64,000 nt of DNA. Origin: an uncultured Pelagibacteraceae bacterium (GTDB lineage: Bacteria; Pseudomonadota; Alphaproteobacteria; Pelagibacterales; Pelagibacteraceae). The stretch is from assembly GCA_902556905.1 (NCBI GenBank), contig CACDYK010000004.1, positions 20,066 through 84,065 on the forward strand, given 5' to 3'. Positions 58,675-64,000 of this stretch are shown one piece after another. Within the stretch, counting starts at the first letter, position 1; every line of letters starts with the position of its first letter. Made by a program: the position numbers and the translations under genes. A model generated the notes under the pieces. The model searched no databases. It was given only the letters and a program-made list of their open reading frames with translations, and was not told where the DNA came from.

Positions 58675-59454
58675 TTATTTATTAATTCTTTTCATTGATA
58701 TATGCCAAGGTATTAATATTTTTTCCATCATTGTAACAAAACCAAATATTGTTAAGCCTAGAACTGTTAAGAAAAATATTCCTGCAAAAGCTAAATCTGG
58801 TCTCATATTTCCTGTTACAATAGAGATATAAAAACCAAGTCCTTTATCTGATCCAATAAATTCTGCTATTGTTGCTCCCACTGTTGCATTAATTGCCGCA
58901 TATTTAAAACCAACAAAACATTGAGGTAAAGCGGCTGGCAAACGAATTGAAAAAAATGTTTTCAATCTACTGGCACCAGTAGATTGGTAAAATAGAGTGA
59001 GTTCATTGCTTAATGAATTAAATGCTAAAATTGCATTTAATACTATCGGAAAAAAACAAACTAAGACTACAATAATTACTTTAGGCATTAACCCGAAGCC
59101 AAACCAAGATATAAATAGTGGAGCAAAGGCTATTTTGGGTGTCATCTCAATACTAACAAAAAAAGGATATAAAGTTCTTCTTAATATAGATGAAAAAGAA
59201 ATAGCTATTCCAAAACCTACTCCTAAAATTAAAGCAATAATATATCCAAGTACAGTCTCGAGAGCAGTTACACCTGTATAATAAACTAGTTTATCTAGAT
59301 CAGCAGAGCCTTTTAAAACAATTTCTGATGGAGATGGTAAAATATACCTAGGTATATCAAATAAAGGTATGGAATATTCCCAAAATAAAAAGAAACCTAC
59401 AAAAAATAAAATTAACATCCATCCACTAGCTATCCATTTAATAAATTTTTTCAT
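58675..59454 (-). CDS. NitT/TauT-type ABC permease
   Basis: YILPSPS, PKIAFAPL...WFGFG, IAEFIG...GLG. Confidence 0.88.
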   Translation of the reverse strand: MKKFIKWIASGWMLILFFVGFFLFWEYSIPLFDIPRYILPSPSEIVLKGSADLDKLVYYTGVTALETVLGYIIALILGVGFGIAISFSSILRRTLYPFFVSIEMTPKIAFAPLFISWFGFGLMPKVIIVVLVCFFPIVLNAILAFNSLSNELTLFYQSTGASRLKTFFSIRLPAALPQCFVGFKYAAINATVGATIAEFIGSDKGLGFYISIVTGNMRPDLAFAGIFFLTVLGLTIFGFVTMMEKILIPWHISMKRINK

Positions 59455-59469
59455 TTTTAATATTACTTT

Positions 59470-60237
59470 CTAAATTACTCCATATTTGTGGAAAACTTCT
59501 TGTATTGAATTAACATATTCAGTAAATTTTGCTGATCTTTTAATCTGTAAATCTCTTGGGTATGGAAGGTCTATTTTTATCTCTCTATCAATTTTACCAG
59601 GTCTTGGTGTAATCAAAATAACCCTATTAGATAGCTGTACTGCTTCCTCAATAGAATGAGTAACAAATATAACTGTTGGTTTTTTAACCATCCATAGTTT
59701 TTGAAAATCCGCTCTAATTTTTTCTCTAGTCATTGCATCTAACTTACCTAAGGGCTCATCAAGTAAAATTATTTTTGGATCATGTATCATTGCTTGACAA
59801 AAAGCAGCTCGTTGCTGCATACCCCCCGATAATTCATTGGGAAATCTATCTGCAAAATCATCTAAATTTACAGACTTTAAAATATTATTAATTTTTTCTT
59901 GATAATCTTTAAGATTGAGCCCTCTTAACTCTAGTTGTAGTTCAATATTACCCCTAACAGTTCGCCAAGGAACTAGAGTATTATCTTGAAACATTATTCC
60001 AATATCTGTCTTTGGTCCACTTACAACTTTGTTTTCAAATTCTACTTTTCCACTTGTTGAATCTAATAATCCAGCAACCATAAGCATTAGAGTTGATTTT
60101 CCACATCCTGATGGCCCTAAGACTGAAACAAACTCTCCAGAATTAATATTTATAGTTGCGGGTCCAAAAGCATGAACTTCGTCTTCACCATTTCCAAATA
60201 CTTTTTTTAATTCTGTTACTTCTATGAAATTTTTCAT
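59470..60237 (-). CDS. NitT/TauT-type ABC ATPase
   Basis: GPSGCGKST, LSGGMQQR, LDEPLGKLDAMTRE, VTHSIEEA. Confidence 0.9.
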   Translation of the reverse strand: MKNFIEVTELKKVFGNGEDEVHAFGPATININSGEFVSVLGPSGCGKSTLMLMVAGLLDSTSGKVEFENKVVSGPKTDIGIMFQDNTLVPWRTVRGNIELQLELRGLNLKDYQEKINNILKSVNLDDFADRFPNELSGGMQQRAAFCQAMIHDPKIILLDEPLGKLDAMTREKIRADFQKLWMVKKPTVIFVTHSIEEAVQLSNRVILITPRPGKIDREIKIDLPYPRDLQIKRSAKFTEYVNSIQEVFHKYGVI

Positions 60238-60252
60238 TTATATAAATTTAAA

Positions 60253-60283
60253 ACTAGCCGAATATTATTTATACTCGGCTAGT
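60253..60283. terminator. hairpin between the SBP and ATPase genes
   Basis: actagccgaata ... tactcggctagt inverted repeat. Confidence 0.6.
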
Positions 60284-60298
60284 GATTTAATGAGTTGA

Positions 60299-61297
60299 TT
60301 AATTTACGAATTTATTTGTATAAAAGTCAGATGCCTTAGCGTTTTTGTCTAAGTCATTATATTCTTTCATCAATTTAACCATACTATCCCAATCAGAAGG
60401 AACATTTAGACCAAGAACTTTTTTCTTGTTTGCTCCAGAATATAATATTCCTAAAGTTACATCTAAAACTTCTCTTGATTGAGCTTTACCAGCATCTTCA
60501 GCCATTGAACCACCAACAATGTCAGCGATTGCATCTACTGCAGCATCTGGATTTTTTTCTGCTTTAGCATAAGACTCAATAGTAGCTTTCATAAATCTTT
60601 TTGCTATATCAGCATTATTTTTAATAGTATCGTTATGAGCACCTATACAGTATCCAACCTGATTTACTCCAAAATCAGAGTAAGGAAAAGCTACTGGTTG
60701 AGCGCCACCGTTTGCTTTAATTTCAGCTGGTTTATCATCTAATCCACCTAAAATTCCTACAGAACCGCCACTAGCTTGTAAGTAACTTGATACAAGAGCA
60801 CCGTCTGGAACAACTGTTATGTTAACATCTGATTCCTTAAGGCCAGCATTTTTTAAAACAATTGGGAAAAAAGTATTTACCCCAGCATTAGCTGTTGTTA
60901 ATATTTTTTTTCCTTTTAAGTCTTGAATTGTCTTAACACCTGCATCAGGTCTTACTAGAACTGCTTCCGTTCCCATAGCATCAATTACACCAATTGACTT
61001 TAATGGTGCTCCTTTAGACACAAGATCTGTCATAGCTCCACATGAACCATAAGAAAAATGACTGTCTTTATTAGCCACTAATCTGTGTGCAGAACTTGAT
61101 CCGTTCCCTGATCTAATATCTAAATCAATACCATGTTTAGCATATGTTCCATCAACAAACCCTAATGCAAAACCTGCATGTGATCCGTAATACATCCAGT
61201 TCAATCTTAATTTAACCTTATCAGCGGCAAATGAAGTCGAAGCTGTTAATAAAAATATAACTGCAACTTTGCAGATATTATTTAATAGTTTAATCAT
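60299..61297 (-). CDS. SsuA/THI5(NMT1)-like ABC substrate-binding protein
   Basis: Signal peptide, LRLNW....H, GNGS, DLKGK, NPDAAV, YTNKFV. Confidence 0.85.
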   Translation of the reverse strand: MIKLLNNICKVAVIFLLTASTSFAADKVKLRLNWMYYGSHAGFALGFVDGTYAKHGIDLDIRSGNGSSSAHRLVANKDSHFSYGSCGAMTDLVSKGAPLKSIGVIDAMGTEAVLVRPDAGVKTIQDLKGKKILTTANAGVNTFFPIVLKNAGLKESDVNITVVPDGALVSSYLQASGGSVGILGGLDDKPAEIKANGGAQPVAFPYSDFGVNQVGYCIGAHNDTIKNNADIAKRFMKATIESYAKAEKNPDAAVDAIADIVGGSMAEDAGKAQSREVLDVTLGILYSGANKKKVLGLNVPSDWDSMVKLMKEYNDLDKNAKASDFYTNKFVN

Positions 61298-61362
61298 ATT
61301 GTCCCCTATCTGTTATTATTTTTAATAGTTTCTCAATAATTTTTATAAAATAAACTATTTAA

Positions 61363-61458
61363 AACGACAAAATATCATAATTTATAGACAAAAATTAAAT
61401 TGTTTAAATATCTATTTAATTCTATGATATTGTCATAAATGAATAAAATTGTGTCGTT
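61363..61458. promoter_or_regulatory. two inverted tandem AraC/GlxA-type operators in the divergent promoter
   Basis: GACA-(21 bp period)-GACA at 61363-61391 and TGTC-(21 bp period)-TGTCG at 61430-61458; minus strand TTGTCG-17 bp-TATAAA toward the SBP gene. Confidence 0.65.
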
Positions 61459-61487
61459 AATAATTAACTTTTTTATTAATTAATATT

Positions 61488-62471
61488 ATGAAAAAAAAAA
61501 CATTTTCATTTGATATTATTCTACAGCCAGAATTTCCATCTAACTCTCTAGTCTTAATACAGGAAGCACTAAGAATAACTAATCAATATAGAATTAATGA
61601 AATTTTTAAAAGTAAGCTTATAACAATTAATGCAAAAAAAATTAGATCAAGCAATGGCCAGTGGTGGAAAACAGATGGTGGATTAGAAGCTATTAAAAAT
61701 CCAGATTTTATAATTGTGATAGGTGGGAATTTACCTGTGCAAAAAAAATCAAAAAAATTATTCTCTGCATTAAGAACAGCTCATAAAAATTCATCTAAAA
61801 TAATTGCAGTAGATACTGGAGCTTTTTTAATTGCTGAATCTGGCTTAATTAATAAAGAAACAATTGTTTGCACCCATTGGGAAACTAAAAGTAATTTTAT
61901 AGAAAGATATCCAGATATCAAAATTGTAGACAATATTTATACTATAAACGCTAATGGACTAATGTTTGCTGCGGGTGGGATATCCACCCTAGATTTAATA
62001 CTTGAGTGCATTAAAAAGATAAAAGGTAAAGATTATTCTGACGAAATTGCAAATGCTTTAATTTACAGACCCAGAGAAAAATCAACAACGCAAAAAAATG
62101 AGCGATACAATCTATCAATGGATAATATATGTCAAAAATCAATTTTAATAATGGAAAAAAATATTGAAACACCTATCAAAATAAATGAGATAGCAAAAAA
62201 ACTTAACATATCTTTAAGAACATTAGAGCGTAAATTTTATAAACTGTATAAAATATCTCCAATTAAATTTTATGTTAATTTAAGAATAAAATTTGCTAGA
62301 AATCTTCTTTTTTATGATGATCGCAAAATTAATGAAATATCAAGCATTGCTGGATTTAACTACAACTCTGTATTTATTAATTCGTTCAAAAAAATTTATA
62401 ATAAAACACCTTCTGAATACCGAAAATATTTTAGAAATCAACAATTTGATAAATCTATTCAAAAAAATTAA
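61488..62471 (+). CDS. GlxA-family (DJ-1/GATase plus AraC) transcriptional regulator
   Basis: EALR..N, DTGAFLIAESGL, THWE, AAGG...LDL, C-terminal SLRTLERKF ... GF...F...Y..TPSEYR. Confidence 0.92.
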   Translation: MKKKTFSFDIILQPEFPSNSLVLIQEALRITNQYRINEIFKSKLITINAKKIRSSNGQWWKTDGGLEAIKNPDFIIVIGGNLPVQKKSKKLFSALRTAHKNSSKIIAVDTGAFLIAESGLINKETIVCTHWETKSNFIERYPDIKIVDNIYTINANGLMFAAGGISTLDLILECIKKIKGKDYSDEIANALIYRPREKSTTQKNERYNLSMDNICQKSILIMEKNIETPIKINEIAKKLNISLRTLERKFYKLYKISPIKFYVNLRIKFARNLLFYDDRKINEISSIAGFNYNSVFINSFKKIYNKTPSEYRKYFRNQQFDKSIQKN

Positions 62472-62523
62472 CTTGAACTATATTTTGACAATATTGAATA
62501 ATAAAGCATAATTTAACCTTAAA

Positions 62524-63000
62524 TTAATCTTTAAAGTTTAAAATTTCATCTAAAGATTTATTTTTTTTTAGAGATTGTAAAAATTTTGAAAGCGATTTTA
62601 ATTCGTTTAGTGCAAAAGGTTTCATGATTTCTTCAGATTTATTTGTTGGTAAAAGACCAAGTTTGGATGAATGATTTATCAATTTTTTTTTCTTTAAAAT
62701 ATAAATTTTTCTTCTAACAGTTTCTTTTGGTAAATTCAAAATCGATGCGACAGCAAAAATTGTTAATTTCCTTGAAGAGTAAAATTCTTCTACTTTAGAT
62801 TTTCTTATGTTCTCCCACACATCATCCCAATTTTTTCCCAATTTGGTATTGTTTTTTATATAGTGGGAACCCATTACATTAAGTATCATAAATGAGTCGT
62901 AATCAACTCCTATCATAGCTTTTGATTGTTGGAATTGCTCAGTTCGAAAATTAATTAAATGATATAAAGTTTCACTATAAGCTTCTAGTTTTTTTTTCAC
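62524..63000 (-). CDS. single-domain winged helix protein, same family as 35548..36555
   Basis: LTIFAVASILNLPKETVRRKI..L.KK.LI. Confidence 0.7.
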   Translation of the reverse strand: MKKKLEAYSETLYHLINFRTEQFQQSKAMIGVDYDSFMILNVMGSHYIKNNTKLGKNWDDVWENIRKSKVEEFYSSRKLTIFAVASILNLPKETVRRKIYILKKKKLINHSSKLGLLPTNKSEEIMKPFALNELKSLSKFLQSLKKNKSLDEILNFKD

Positions 63001-63014
63001 AGAATGAGCTTAAC

Positions 63015-63425
63015 TCATTCTGGGTTACTTGTAAGTGTTTTAATTTCTAAAATATTTTCGTTAGGGTCTTTTACAAAGAAAGTTTCTTGCTCGTATTTAG
63101 TGCCCTTAAATCTAAGATATGGTTCATCATAGTATTTAGTACCATTATCTTTTAATCTTTGCTTAAGAGCATCAAAATCTTTTCTTGAAAGGTGGACACC
63201 AAAATGAGGTACAGACACATTTCCCATATCAACATCATGTCTTTCACTATCTAATTTATGATCACTTGCATGAAGAGTTAATTCATTTCCCCAAAAATCA
63301 ACATCTGCCCATTCTTGAGCAGAATTATCTAATCTACATCCTAGTGCTTCATTATAAAATTTTTTTGCAGTCTCTAAATCTCCACATGGCACAGCCAAAT
63401 GAAAACAGTTCGTATTTTTGTACAT
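63015..63425 (-). CDS. VOC/glyoxalase family protein
   Basis: FHLAVP..DL...K.FY, DFWGN.L..H, VPHFG, EQ.T.F..DP..N.LE.K. Confidence 0.88.
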   Translation of the reverse strand: MYKNTNCFHLAVPCGDLETAKKFYNEALGCRLDNSAQEWADVDFWGNELTLHASDHKLDSERHDVDMGNVSVPHFGVHLSRKDFDALKQRLKDNGTKYYDEPYLRFKGTKYEQETFFVKDPNENILEIKTLTSNPE

Positions 63426-63495
63426 AATTCTCCTTTAAATTCAAAAATTAATAACTATATGATGATCAACTTTTTATCAATACAACAAAAATAAC

Positions 63496-64000
63496 ATGAA
63501 TAATTTCTTACAATCTATAATTGATAGAGATCCTGCAGCAAAATCTAAGCTAAGTTTGATATTAACTTACCCGGGTGTGAAAGCAGTATTTTTTCATAGG
63601 ATTGCTAATTTTTTTAGCATTGCGAAATTTCATTTAATTGCAAGAATCATTTCTCAGTTTTCAAGATTTTTAACTGGTATTGAAATTCACCCAGGGGCAA
63701 AAATTGGAAAAAATTTATTCATTGATCATGGTATGGGTGTTGTAATTGGAGAAACATCTGACATTGGAGACAATGTTACTATTTATCATATGGCAACATT
63801 AGGTGGTATTGCACCTAGTATAAATTCAAATGATCAACGTAATATAAAAAGACATCCAACAATTGAAGATGAAGTTGTAATTGGATCAGGTGCGCAAGTA
63901 TTAGGACCGGTTATAGTTGGAAGATGTGCAAAGATTGGAGCAAACGCTGTAATCACAAAAGATGTTCCAGAAAAAGCGGTGATGGTTGGAATACCAGCTA
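63496..64000 (+). CDS. cysE: serine O-acetyltransferase (partial; runs off the window edge)
   Basis: Manual translation RDPAA, YPG..A...[37 protein letters not shown]. Confidence 0.95.
   Translation, partial: MNNFLQSIIDRDPAAKSKLSLILTYPGVKAVFFHRIANFFSIAKFHLIARIISQFSRFLTGIEIHPGAKIGKNLFIDHGMGVVIGETSDIGDNVTIYHMATLGGIAPSINSNDQRNIKRHPTIEDEVVIGSGAQVLGPVIVGRCAKIGANAVITKDVPEKAVMVGIPA

Noticed and set aside
755-63427. Many short antisense or nested ORFs in the track (e.g. 755..970, 12797..13171, 33096..33557, 36900..37427, 51659..52099, 55622..56116, 62293..62511)
   Set aside because: Each lies within or opposite a well-supported gene and has no recognisable motif; typical shadow ORFs
1-64000. CRISPR arrays, IS elements, phage or defence genes
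   Set aside because: No repeat-spacer arrays, transposases, integrases or recognisable defence domains found

Overview
AT-rich, very gene-dense alphaproteobacterial chromosome segment. Gene content and style point to SAR11/Pelagibacteraceae; this is an inference, no database search was run. It runs from a partial rpoZ to a partial cysE and has about 58 CDS plus one tRNA-Met(CAU). Contents: TctABC; a polar amino-acid ABC system; a SpeD-SpeE fusion with MTA-salvage genes (mtnP, mtnA, class II aldolase, apt); trpB2 with a DUF1015 gene; an organosulfonate neighbourhood (ald, omega-aminotransferase, tauABC, ComC-like, pta, hpsN); an AfuABC-like ABC system; proXVW; a TRAP cassette; and an orphan catabolic cluster next to a GlxA-type regulator. 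No mobile elements or CRISPR arrays were seen. Best leads: (1) trpB2 is paired with a DUF1015 protein carrying SerK/SbnI-like HE and DGHHR motifs, suggesting a free-serine-kinase-fed, phosphoserine-dependent indole-to-tryptophan salvage module; (2) an unrecognised operator, (T/G)GYYCA-N3-TGGGTT, overlaps both promoter boxes of a tandem winged-helix gene and recurs at a fixed position upstream of the duplicated proX and dctP promoters; (3) a dehydratase/aldolase/reductase/ALDH pathway of unknown substrate with visible 21-bp-periodic AraC-type operators.
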